Made by a program: the position numbers and the translations under genes. From assembly GCA_951406725.2 (NCBI GenBank), contig OX597837.1:24428001-24492000 (forward strand): a stretch of DNA of 64,000 bases. The letters are read 5' to 3'. Shown piece after piece: positions 51,475 to 64,000 of the stretch. A model generated the notes under the pieces. The model was given only the letters and a program-made list of their open reading frames with translations. It did no database searches and was not told the origin of the DNA. The stretch's first letter is position 1, and every line of letters begins with the position of its first letter. The stretch comes from Octopus vulgaris (taxonomy: Eukaryota).

Positions 51475-51686
51475 CATTGACAATTTCTTCTTCTCCTCCT
51501 CCTTTGAACTTTCACTTTTCTCTTTTCTGATGAAGAGCTATGCTCAAAATGTTAAACTCTCTCCTTTCACTGAGCATCAAGCTAATATAATTCTTGTGCT
51601 CGTCCCCGTGTTCATTGTTTTCCTTCTTTTTTTTCATTTTTTCTTCTTTTGTTTTGGTTATTTGAATTGTTTTTTTTTTTAATTGA

Positions 51687-51690
<4 letters not shown>
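51475..51690 (+). mobile_element. Decayed copy of the 1722-1913 minimal-hammerhead element
   Basis: CTGATGA a GAGC tat GCTC aaaat gtt aaac at 51527-51557; the changes fit CpG decay. Confidence 0.6.
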
Positions 51691-51723
<33 letters not shown>

Positions 51724-51856
51724 TGCAGGAGTGGCTGTGTGGTAAGTAGCTTGCTTACCAACCACATGGTTCTGGGTTCAGTCCCACGAAGTTACTGGGA
51801 TGTAAAAACACCAGCATTGGTTGTCAAGCGATGTTGGAGGGACAAACACAGACACA

Positions 51857-51908
<52 letters not shown>

Positions 51909-54015
51909 TATATATATATATACATATACATATATAATAATAATAATAATAAACATTGTGTACAGTGCTCAGGTGCACTACAACTCATCGAAAGTGTATA
52001 TATAATCAGGTGTAGTTTCGACGGATTTCAGAAAGCATGAGAGCCTTAAAGGATGCAGGGTCATGGCAGTCAACAACTGACGCAGGCAGGGCTTCTTTCA
52101 GTTTCTGTCTACCAAATCTACCCACTCACATGGCTTTGGTCAGCCCGAGGCTATAGCGGAAGACACTTGCCCAAGGTGCCACGCAGTGGGGCTGAACCCA
52201 GAACTATGTGGTTGGTAAGCAAGCTACTTACCACAGAGCCACATGTACTCTGGATTTATCTGGCACATCACCACTCATGGCAGTTGTCTATCTCATCATC
52301 CTCATCATCATCATCATTTAACGTGTGTGTTCCATTCTGGCATGGGCTGGACAGTTTGGGCTGGCACGCTGGAAGGTTGCACCAGACTCCTGTCTGATTG
52401 ATTATGTAAATTAATTTTGTCATTGCATACAATCACTAAACTTGACATGACCAGCTGTTCTGGTCTGTTATAACCAATTGTTCCTCTGTACACCTTCATG
52501 GGCAGGGATTATTGAATACTTTGCTCAAAGATTTGATATACAACATTTCTAGCCCTAGAATGAGAGTTCAGTGTCATAAAATGTCATTGTCACTATTCAA
52601 TTTTTTAATCATTTCTCACAATTTATTTCATGTTAGTAGAAGTAAGGTCAGTTTACATATATCTGAATATTGAAGGTTTAATTATCTTTTAAAGTTAGTT
52701 ACTCCCCTTACCACCACCCAGTCAACTTAATATATTTGTCAGAAGAAATTCTATCCTTACAGTTGCTGTAATTGTTTTTTTTCAGTTCTCCTCTATTCCT
52801 CTCCCAATTAGTCTGACTGAGCAGAATTATGAAAGGTATTGAAGCTGTAGGCCACTATACAGCCAGTTAGAAATAGCAGTCAAAATTTCTTCAAAATCTC
52901 ACCCTACCATCTTAACTCTTTGGTGTTCAAATTTCTCTATCAAATGTAATACTTTTTCACTCAAATTGTTTTGAATTAATCATGCATTATCTTATAGCTT
53001 TGAGGTTTCAATGATATGATTGTTTATTTTTAGAATGTCAATGTAGGTTAGGTGTGAAGGGCTAGATATGGCCAGTTTGAATATAAAACATGTAGAATAT
53101 TTGGGCCGGATATGGCCAGTTTAAACACTAAAGTGTTAAATAAGGATATTTCAGAATGTAGGTCCTGATATCGAGTAAAACAAAGTGGTTACAAGGGATG
53201 GGGGGACTCTCCTTTGATCATACGTCTATTCCAGCAGAGTTGGTCTTAGGCTAAACAACAGCACATATAACATACTCTTTTTACTCATTTACTTGTTTCA
53301 GTCATTTGACTGTGGTCATGCTGGAGCACCGCCTTTAATCGAGCAAATTGACCCTGGAACTTATTCTTTTGTAAGCCCAGTACTTATTCTATCGGTCTCT
53401 TTTGCCGAACCGCTAAATGACGGTGACATAAACACACCAGCATCGGTTGTCAAGCAATGCTAGGGGGACAAACACAGACACACAAACACACACACGCATA
53501 CATATATATATATACATATATACGACGGGCTTCTTTCAGTTTCCGTCTACCAAATTCACTCACAAGGCTTTGGTCGGCCCGAAGCTATAGTAAAAGACAC
53601 TTGCCCAAGGTGCCACGCAGTGGGACTGAACCCGGAACCATGTGGTTGGTAGACAGGCTACTTCCCACACAGCCACTCCTGCGCTACATAGATAACATAT
53701 AGATAATATTTTGCAATATAATTTATATAATTATTCTAGCTTCAGTTAATTTTGAAATATTTTCTTCGTTAAACTTTCTCAGTAACACAAAGGAATAAAT
53801 TTTTGTTTGTTATTCTATGTCTAGAAATTATATTCATTGTGGGATGGGATGACAATTGTTCAGGTGACTATTTGACAGGTAATTCAACATCGCAAAAATT
53901 AATTGCCACCTTCGTTACAGTCTAAGTGATAATTAAATTTTATTTCTTTTGCTATCAAATTGTTCTCGCTTTATTGTGAAATCAACTGTTTTCCTCCTCC
54001 TCCTCCTCCTCCTCC

Positions 54016-54052
<37 letters not shown>

Positions 54053-54256
54053 TTAACATTTGTTTCCCAGGCCGACATGGATTGGACAGCGTGACAAGAA
54101 CTGGCCAGGCCAGGGGCTGCATCAGGTGCCATAGTCTGTTTTAGCTTGGTTTCTACGGCTGGATACCCTTCCTAATGCCAACCACTTTACAGAATGTACT
54201 GAGTGCTTTTAATGTGGCACCAGCACCAATGCTTTTTACATGGCATTTTGGTTTAA

Positions 54257-54477
54257 CCCTTTCGATACTGTATTTATTTTGAGATGCTCTGTGTTTCTTT
54301 CAATTACTTTAAATATAACAAAGAATTTAGTAACACAACTTAGTTATCATCAAGCTAGTGTTAGGAACCTAAATTGTGACTAAGGTTTGGTAGAAGATTT
54401 GAATTCAGAACTTTTGAAAACAAGACATTTGTTCTACAGAGCCAGAAGTGGTTTCAGGTGGGTTGGTAACGAAAGGG
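54257..54477. mobile_element. piggyBac-type MITE
   Basis: TTAA|CCCTTTCG ... CGAAAGGG|TTAA. Confidence 0.8.
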
Positions 54478-56018
54478 TTAAGACAGGAAGAACCAGCAGT
54501 GGCCCAAGGTGTCTTCATACTTATGTATCATTCACTTTTTTCATCTGTTTTAACACTTTTGTTACCATATTTCTGTTGAGAGAGACTGTGTTTCTTTCAA
54601 TTAATTTAAAATATAACAAAGAATTTAGTAAAATAACTTAGTTATCATTCAGCTAGTGTTAGGGACATAAATTGTGACTAAGGTTTGGTGGAAGATTTCA
54701 ATTCAAAACTTATGGAAACAAGACATTTGTACTACAGACCCAAAGCCGGTTTCCCAGTCTGTCGCAAGTGAGCTGCAAGATGCAAGAGGAAAGAGTGAGA
54801 GAAAATTGTGGCCAAAGAGTCAGCAGAAGTTTGCCATTACCTTCTGGCAGAGCCACGTGGAGCTTAGGTGTTTCGCTCATAAACACAAACATCGTCTGGT
54901 CTGAGATTCGAACCTGTGATCCCTCAACTGCGAGTCCACTGCTCTAACCACTAGGCCATGTGCCTCCACTTCAATGTCACTTAACTTTCTAGAAACAACA
55001 GCAAGATCTCTCTCATATCATTACCACAATCATCATTATCATCATCATTACTATCATGTTTTACTTGTTTCAGTCATTTGACTGTGGCCATGCTGGAACA
55101 CTGCTTTGAGCATAAATCATCATTAACATTTAACATCTGTTTTCCATGCTGGCATGGGTTGGATGGATTGACAGCAACTACGAAGGCTAGGGGACACACC
55201 AGGCTCCATAGTCTATTTCAGTTTCGTCTCTACAGCTGATGCCCTTACTAATGACAACCACTTTACAGAGTGTACTGGGTACTTTTTATGTGGCACCAAC
55301 ACCCATACTAACGTTTCTTACATGGGACCTTGGTTTTAAGATCTCAGTTCTGTTGTGATGGGCAGGTCTTCTTGAGTACAGCAATGCACCACATATCTCA
55401 GTCCTCTGTCATCTCTTTTGCAAAGTTCAGCTTTTTGAGATTGGCCTTCAGTACTTTGTCCCATGTCTTCCTGGGTCTCCCTCTTCCACGACTTCCTTCC
55501 ATCAATCTTATAAAAAGGAGGATAAACTGGATAAAGTCACAAAGTACATTTAATTTGTAACCAAGTATGATTAAACAGATGATTTCCATTGGAAATCTAT
55601 AAATATGCACTTTTAAGTTCTTCTGAGTGTATTTCCAACCATTTCCATATTACTCTCTTTTACTCTTTTACTTGTTTCAGTCATTTGACTGTGGCCATGC
55701 TGGAGCACCACCTTTAGTCAAGTAAATCGACCTCGGGACTTGTTCTTTATAAGCCTAGTACTTATTCTATCGGTCTCTTTTGCCGAACTGCTAAGTTACG
55801 GGGACGTAAACACACCAGCATCGGTTGTCAAGTGATGTTGGTGGTGGGGGGAACAAACACAGACACACAAACACATACACACACATATACATATATACAT
55901 ATATACGACGGGCTTCTTTCAGTTTCCGTCTACCAAATCCACTCACAAGGCTTTGTAAACACACCAGCATCGGTTGTCAAGCGATGTTAGGGGGACAAAC
56001 ACAGACACATAAACACAT

Positions 56019-56076
<58 letters not shown>

Positions 56077-56571
56077 GGCTTCTTTCAGTTTCTGTCTACC
56101 AAATCCATTCACAAGGCTTTGGTCAGCCCGGAACTATAGTAGAAGACACTTGCCCAAGGTGCCACGCAGTGGGACTGAACCCGGAACCATGTGGTTGGTA
56201 AACAAGCTACTTACCACACAGCCACTCCTGCGCCTATTAATCTATAATCAATACTGATTGCATTTGTATTCTTCTGATAGAAAATATCGAAGATTTCATA
56301 CATTTTAAAACTGCTGTAAATTCACAACAAAATTATTCAAATTATATTTATATATCAAAGAGCATAAAATAAAAGTAAATTTATTTTTACACTATGTACC
56401 CCCCACCCCCACCAAACAGAAGTAAAAAAAGAAAAAAAAAACAAGATGGTCACAGCTGCAATGAATTTGATCATAGATTGGCTTGTGGAGTGTTGACCCA
56501 AGGCTAAACAAAAACACAACATGACCAGAATGTCTATGAGTTATGGCACCCAATGTTGCACAAATGCTTAA

Positions 56572-57200
56572 TGCATACATACATACATACATACATACAT
56601 ACATACATACATACATACATACATACATACATAAATACATACATACATACATACATACATACATACAAACATAAATACATACACACACACTTACACACAT
56701 ACATACACACATACATACATACATACATACATACACATACACACATACATACATACATACACACATACATATACATACATACACACACATACATACATAC
56801 ATACATACACACATACATACATACATACAATACATACATACATACATATATACATACATCCATCCATACATACATGCATACATCAATCCATCCATCCATC
56901 CAGACATACATACATACATACACACACATACACACATACACACATACATACATACACACATACACATACATACATACTTACATACATACTTGCAAACATA
57001 CATACATACATACACACACATACATATACATACATACACATACATACATACATACATACATACGTACACGCATACACACACACACACATACGTACGTACA
57101 TACATACATACATACATACATACATACATACATACATACATACATACATACATACATACATACATACATACATACATACATACATACATACATACATACA
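56572..57200. repeat. (TACA)n compound microsatellite
   Basis: Directly visible. Confidence 0.95.
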
Positions 57201-57550
57201 TTATCAGCTTCATACCTATTATTATTGGAGCCACAGGATACATGCCAACCCAACAGGAGCAAAGTATGGCAGAACTTGGGATCTTGGGGAGAGAATATAA
57301 ATCCTTAATTTATCTGCTACAAATGATCTTTTTTGAGGCTATAAAAATCTGCAAGACAATCTTAAGATTTAAAGGATGATGGTTAAAACAAGACACTTAC
57401 CTTCACAACCTTGTTACCAAGTAGGTGGACGGTCAACATTTACTCTGAATTAAAAAGAGAAAGGAAAAATTTGCAGACTTTTATAGTTCCAGATACCATG
57501 ATCATTTGTAGCATATGAATTAAGGAATTGCATCCTCTCCCCAAGATCCC
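57201..57550 (+). mobile_element. RLE non-LTR element 3' fragment with an inverted duplication
   Basis: Encodes FIPIIIGATGYMP...AIKICKTILRF*; 57278-57354 is repeated inverted at 57471-57550. Confidence 0.6.
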
Positions 57551-59800
57551 TATGTATGTATGTATGTATGTATGTATGTATGTATGTATGTATGTATGTA
57601 TGTTATTTCTTTATTGCCCACAAGGGACTAAACACAGAGGGGACAAACAAGGACAGACAAAGGAATTAAGTCGATTACATCGACCCCAGTACATAACTGG
57701 TACTTAATTTATCGACCCCGAAAGGATGAAAGACGGAATTTGAACTCAGAACGTAACAACAGACGAAATACCGCTAAGCATTTTGCCCGGCATGCTAACA
57801 TTTCTGCCAGCTTTTCGCCTTATGTATGTATGTATGTATGTATGTATGTATGCATACATGTTTTTCTCTTAGGCTTTTTAAATGTGTGTGCATGCACACA
57901 TACATTTCACTTCAACATCCACTTTACCATTGAATGCTTTGATCAAACAAAAGTTTTTGAGGCAGATATTTCTAGGGCTGAATGCTCTTCCTGCTGCCAA
58001 CACTAAATCTCTAAGGTAACCTTTCCCTTAGACCTTCAGACAACAGCTCTATGGCCAGACAAACTTTTGTGGAGGATCACAAACAACTAACAGTGATTTT
58101 TGTGTGATGATGAGTTTTATTTACAATTAGCAGACATGCCTCAGGGCAAGGAAATATACACACATCCACACATCTCATATACATACATAAGTATGTATGA
58201 TGGACTTCTAACTGCCTATATCTACTAAATTTCACTCACAAGGCATAGGTCAACCTGTGGCTATAATGGAAGACACCAGTTCAGTGTCCATGCTATGGGA
58301 GCAAACTCGAAACTAACTTCTTGTCCATACACACACACACACACAGTTTTTGAAAGTTTGTTTCACAATCAAGTGGTGTCATGTTGAATCCCTCTGTACA
58401 CTACCTTGGGTGTATGTCCCCTACTTTACTTTTGGGTAGACCAATGCTTTATGAATAAATTTGACCGAAACCAAAGGAATCCAGAGTTGTAATGTGTGTG
58501 TGTGTGTGTGTTCATGTGTGAAGGTATGTGGCTCAATGGTTAGGGGTATTTGACTCACAATTATAAAGGTAGTGGGTTCAGTTTCTGGTGGTGTGTTGTC
58601 TCCTTGAGCAAGACACTTAGTTTTATGATGCTCCAGTCCACTGCACTGGCGAAAATGAATAGTGCCTTTATTTCAAAAGGCCAGCTATGCCACATTTGGT
58701 GTTATGCTGAATCTCCTTGAGAACTAAATAAAGGATACGTGTGTCTGTGGAATGCTCAGCCACTCATATGTTAAGTTCATGAGGAGGCTGTTCCATTGAT
58801 CAGATCGACAGGGACCCTCATCATCATAACCAATGGAGTGCCAATGTGTTCATGAACATGTGGGAATATTCTCCTGGTTTTGCTTGGACTAAATAATAAA
58901 TGTTGTTTACAATTTTTTGGCATTATAATCAGTTGCTCTGTGCTTTCGAAGACGTATGGAATATAAAAATCTTTGGTCTGAAGAACAGAAAGAGCATCCT
59001 GCCATAAAATCTTGCCCCAAGAATGTCCCTGTCCAATCCATTCTAATATGAAAAAAACGGTCTTTAAATGAATGAACACACAAATATCAAATTGTGTTTG
59101 TCTAGTTATTACTGAAGATTTCTAATAATACAAGAACATGTTCAGAGTTGTCTCCCCTGCATGTAATGTTAAGACTCACCCCACAATTTATAGACCACAT
59201 TCTATGATATTTTTAGTTTGTCTCCCTTACATTTTTGACAAGAATTAGCCATTATGGACAGTGATTCTTTCTTATAATCAACAGTGTAATTCTAATTAGC
59301 TCTCACTTCTATTAGCATACACCTTAGAAAAATATATATGCATGTGCGTGTGTCTATGTGTATGTACACACACACACACATACACACACCCATACATATA
59401 TTTACAGGTGGCCATGCTGTGGCTGTATATGTGTGTATGTATATTTATCTTTGTTCTTATATACTCACATTTATATATATATGTGTGTGTGTGTGTGTGT
59501 ATAAGAGATTTTCATACTAATTCACATTTTATGGTTTATACATTGAATTCAGTTTTTATTCTTCTAAGGTATGTATGTGTGTGTGTGTGTGTAATGAAAA
59601 TCTTATTACTAAAATTGCTTTATCATTGTGAAAATCAATATTTATCTTACCTGTACACATAATTATAAGGTATTTAACTAAGCTATTTCATTAGTTTTAA
59701 ACTAGCAAGAATTTGAGTTTCCTAATCCAAATATGCAACAGGATCAATGCCTAGGGTGCCATATATTTGGTTTTGTACTTAGTGTTGTACTAGTGAATGC

Positions 59801-59940
59801 CTAAAAAAACCATACAAAAATTATGTTTGTTTTAAAACTTGAGATTACAAAGAAAGTATTTTGTGTAGGATATGAGCAGTTCCCATGAGCACTATCTTTT
59901 GAATTTCTGCCATTTTGGGGTTTCCTGGTATCTGAGTTTA
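59801..59940 (-). mobile_element. RLE element 3' fragment next to (TAA)n
   Basis: Encodes IPGNPKMAEIQKIVLMGTAHILHKILS on the - strand; abuts (att)n at 59941-59978. Confidence 0.65.
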
Positions 59941-59983
<43 letters not shown>

Positions 59984-59988
59984 CAATG

Positions 59989-60029
<41 letters not shown>

Positions 60030-60255
60030 ATTGCAGCATGGAAGATGTTTGTAAGCCATTTAAGAACATGCAAAAAGCCGTTAGATTCACTTCAACATTT
60101 TTGTGTGTTCTTAAATGGCTTACAAACATCTTCAACATTCCATTTTTTTTTTTGTTTCAGCACATGATTTCAGATCAAGTCACTTGCTATGCAAGTACAT
60201 CTCTGTAATATATATATATACTCTATGTAAATGTTATATTTCTTTATTTCAACAG

Positions 60256-60574
60256 TTATTTTCCATACTTGAAAGAAATCTCCCTGAATGCCTGTTGGCA
60301 AATAACAGCTGATGGAGTAATGAGGTTCCTGGAGATATTGCCTGAGTTGGAATCAGTTAAGTTCAAGATCAACTCTGGTCTTTTACTGAATGATGTACGT
60401 AGTGAGAGAGCAATGAGCGAAGGAGCTAGAATTATTCAAAGTGTGGCTGATTCGGAATTTGCAAGTCTTGTCACTGTTTTGTGTCTACATTTTGTACCAA
60501 TTGAAATGGAAGAATTGTGGGATTTGGTGAAGAAATTTCAGAACTTGAAGAAACTTTGTATCAGCAATTGTGAG
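60256..60574 (+). CDS. F-box/LRR-repeat protein, second coding exon
   Basis: Acceptor ttctttatttcaacag. CG+T completes Arg, then YFPYLKEISLNACWQITADGVMRFLEILPELESV...FQNLKKLCISNCE (cysteine-containing LRRs). Donor GAG|GTAAGA; the gene continues beyond the window. Confidence 0.9.
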
Positions 60575-60634
60575 GTAAGAGAAACATTGTTTTTCTGTTT
60601 TATTATTTTCTGTTTCCAGGCAGTGAATCTTTAA

Positions 60635-60856
60635 CCCTTTAGTGTTCACATTATTCTGCCAAAATTAATGCTTCTTCATCTACATCGTTTTGAATTAATC
60701 ATTCATTAATCTTGTAGCAATGAGATTTTGATGAGGTAGCTGTTAATTTTTAAAACGATATTGTAGGGTAGGTGTGAGAGACCAGATCTGGCCAGTTTGA
60801 ACATAAAACAGGCAGAATACTTTTGGCCGGATATGGCCAGTTTAAATGCTAAAGGG
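60635..60856. mobile_element. piggyBac-type MITE
   Basis: TTAA|CCCTTTAG ... CTAAAGGG|TTAA. Confidence 0.8.
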
Positions 60857-61281
60857 TTAAAAGTCACATTTGCATACACACACATACATGCATGCTCGCA
60901 CACATGCATGCATGCACACATATGATATACATGTTCATACAATGTTCTAAAAATATGTTCACTTAAATCCTTAAATCCTTAAAAATGTTTTAGCTCGAAG
61001 GCCGCGGCCATGCTGGGGCACCACCGCTGAATGAGCTACACTAATATGTGAATCCACCTCTGATACGTGGCACTTGGTCAACAAGTAATTCAAATGTCTG
61101 GTTTTGTCATTGAAAATTATGCTATGGGTACACATGTCTCTGGAATACTCATCCACTTTACATGCTTTTTTAATGAGTTGGTCATCCAGTTGATCAAACA
61201 ACTAGGCAGCAATACTGAAATTGGTGGGAACGCCTATCATATCCCCCCCACCACACAGTGTTGTTGTTGTTGTTGTTGTTA

Positions 61282-61475
61282 AGCAACAAGAAGGGTAATG
61301 GTGATTAGGTGATGGTCTAGGGCTTAGGGGTGGGAGACCCCAGACCTTGGAAAAAAAAAAAAAACTTTGGTCGTCTTGTAGTTGAGGGCTCTTCGTTGAT
61401 GCCCGACACCACTGGGAGGTGGCCCTCGAAGTCGCTGGAAATGGAGATCTCCAGGTCCAAATTCTTCAATGGCTG
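61282..61475 (-). mobile_element. Probable RLE element 3' fragment between (CAA)n/(CAG)n repeats
   Basis: Frameshifted LKNLDLEISI...SGI.RRALN resembles RLE ORF ends; triplet repeats lie on both sides. Confidence 0.35.
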
Positions 61476-63342
61476 CTGCTACTGCTACTACTACTACTGC
61501 TGCTGCTGCTGTTGTTGTTGTTGTTGTTGTTGCTGCTGCTGCTGCTGTTGTTGCTGTTGCTGTTAGCATCCATCGGTCTTGTACAAGGAGTCTCTGAAAA
61601 GTTCCTGGCTTTAAGGGCAGGGTCAGCTCAAGGTACCGACAACTCAGGCAGTTGTCTGGGGCACCAAGAAGGGCATGACAAAGACAAGGAAATTCCCACG
61701 ACCATCAGCTTATACATGACTGCTGTCTAATGACTGAAACAAGTAAAAGACAAAATATAGAAGACGTGTATGTGTGTGTCATGTGCATTCAGTGCAATAA
61801 AAAAAAGAAAAAAACTACAAAAACTTTAACTTAGTGGTTTGGCAAAAGAGACTGATAGAATAAGTACTAAGCTTACAAAGAATAAGTTCTGGGATTGATT
61901 TGTTTGACTAAAAGCAGTCAAATGAGTGAAACAACCAGAGACCGAGACCTTTTAGAAGTATGCTGTGCGTGAGAAGACCCGGCAGGACAAGTGAGGCCAA
62001 TACCCGTGGCCCCTACCTGGGACGTAGTCAGTCCACCTGTGCATACCTTCCTTCTTGGGACACATAACTCTACTTGTGAAGACCTGCTGAGGCAAGTGAA
62101 AATCAAAAAATCAAATCAACATCAATGGAATTTGTAGTTGTGGTACCAGTGCCGGTGGCACATAAGAGAACCATCCGAAGGTGGCCGTAGCCAGCACCAC
62201 ATCGACTGGCCTCCGTGCTGGTGGCATGTAACAAACACCATCCGATCGTGGCTGTTGCCAGCCTCGCCTGGCCTCCGCGATGGTGGCACGTAAAAAGCAC
62301 CATCTGAGCGTGGCCGTTTGCCAGCCTCGTCTGGCATCTGTGTCGGTGGCACATAAAAAGCACCCACTACACTCATGGAGTGGTTGGCGTTAGGAAGGGC
62401 ATCCAGTTGTAGAAACACTGCCAGATCTGACTGACCTGGTGCAGCCTTCGGGCTTCCCAGACCCCAGTTGAAACGTCCAACCCATGCTAGCATGGAAAGC
62501 GGACGCTAAACGATGATGATGATGATGATGATGATGAAGTAAAAGAATATAAGTAAAAGAGTAAACTTGTAAGACCGGTAAGGGTTGGCAACAGGGAGAG
62601 CATCCCACTGTAAAACATTGTCTAAAATAATTATGTCCAGCCCACACGAGCATTATGAGAAATGTTTTGATAAAATAAGTACCAGTAATTGTTGGGGGTT
62701 GATGAAATCAGCTGCAACCCGCCTCCACAGCTTTTGCTTATGTGTCAATGTCGAAAATCTATTTTTTTTTTATATTTATTTAATTTTTTTATTTATTTTT
62801 ATCTATGTTGTCCCTTGAGTGATGTTGAAAATAGCTTTTCATTGGCTGGTTTTTACTTCCTTTTCATCTGTACACAAGCCACCTTCGACCACCACTAAAT
62901 ACTACCACCACCATCATCATCATCATCATCACCACCATTATCACCACTACCATCATCATCATTGCCATCATCATCATCATCAATACTGCTGTCATCACCA
63001 CAACCTGTTACAAAGTTCTATGTAGGTGTTGGTGGTGGTAGAGGTTGTGGCGGCGACAGTGGCTATAGCAGCGGTGGTGATGGTGGTGGCGGTGGCGATA
63101 GTGGCGGTGGTGGCGGTGGTAATGGCAGGCCATTTAGTGTGACATAATGCAGAGGGAGTGATGACGTATCGTGGCATAGGTAACAGGGTGAGGAGAAGAA
63201 ATGGCGAGAGTGGGGGGTGTGGGGGAACCAGGTGTGCGGGGGGGGAACCAGGTGGGAGTGGGGTGGAAGGGTAGTGGTGAGGTAAGGAAAGGTGGGGTGA
63301 AAGGTTGTTGGAAGAGAAGTGGTGGTGAGAGATGGACATATA

Positions 63343-63405
<63 letters not shown>

Positions 63406-63947
63406 AAAAGAGAAAGGTGATTTGGTGTTTGTTGTGTGTGGGAAGGACCTTTCTGACGTCATTGGCATCGATTGTGAACAGGTGGCAGGATCTCTGGCGG
63501 TTTGTTTCTTGTACTGTTTGTTGTTGTGTTGGCCAAAGCCAGGCCTGATCGAGATGATCTATCACCAAAAATCTTCCCACTAATAATATGCATAATATCT
63601 TTTATTTGAAGAAACTTTCAGGCAAAGTTTATCACGAGTTACACTGTCCAACGTGTCCTTCCTTTTGTGAAGGCAGCAGGATGTAATTTGAGAGACAGGT
63701 GAAAGTTGGCTATTATTTCTAGTAGGCCCAGTGACCACGTACTGGTTCGGTTCCCTTACTTGACAAAGTAGTTTATAGTTGTGATAGTGTTGATGTTGTT
63801 GTTGTTATTGTTGTTGTAGGTTTAGGGGATATGTTCATGGTGGTGATGGTGGTGGTGTTGATGGTGGTGGTGTTGATGGTGGTGGTAGTGGTGGTGGTGG
63901 TGGTGAAGGTTGTGAGAATGTTAGGTGGAAGTATAACTGAGTGTGTG

Positions 63948-63992
<45 letters not shown>

Positions 63993-64000
63993 TGTGTGTA

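Noticed and set aside
56392-57308. YVCM / HTYI repeat ORFs (also at 19.1, 30.5 and 31.1 kb)
   Set aside because: Tetranucleotide microsatellites lacking stops.
60575-60634. ORF extension past exon 2
   Set aside because: Read-through into the intron after the GTAAGA donor.

Overview
AT-rich, repeat-dense animal DNA. The SINE, LINE and microsatellite content resembles an octopod cephalopod (my inference, no search run). One gene is well supported: an F-box/leucine-rich-repeat gene on the + strand with exon 1 at 38082-38599 and exon 2 at 60256-60574, splice phases matching across a 21.7-kb intron. A candidate last exon of an upstream LRR-type gene lies at 3494-3589. The rest is mostly mobile DNA: tRNA-derived SINEs, RTE and CR1 LINE remnants, R4/Dong-like elements in (TAA)n repeats, Penelope-like elements (PLEs), and Tc1/mariner, piggyBac-type, hAT-type and Helitron-like non-autonomous elements. 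The main unexplained signal is a set of about 10 short loci from several unrelated sequence families. Many are fold-back inverted repeats next to (TA)n, and they carry hammerhead-ribozyme core motifs (CUGANGA...GAAAC-palindrome-GUH). They share the geometry of the ORF-bearing PLE at 2.0-3.3 kb, and several lie inside the F-box intron. Most ORFs in the supplied track are microsatellite or SINE artefacts.
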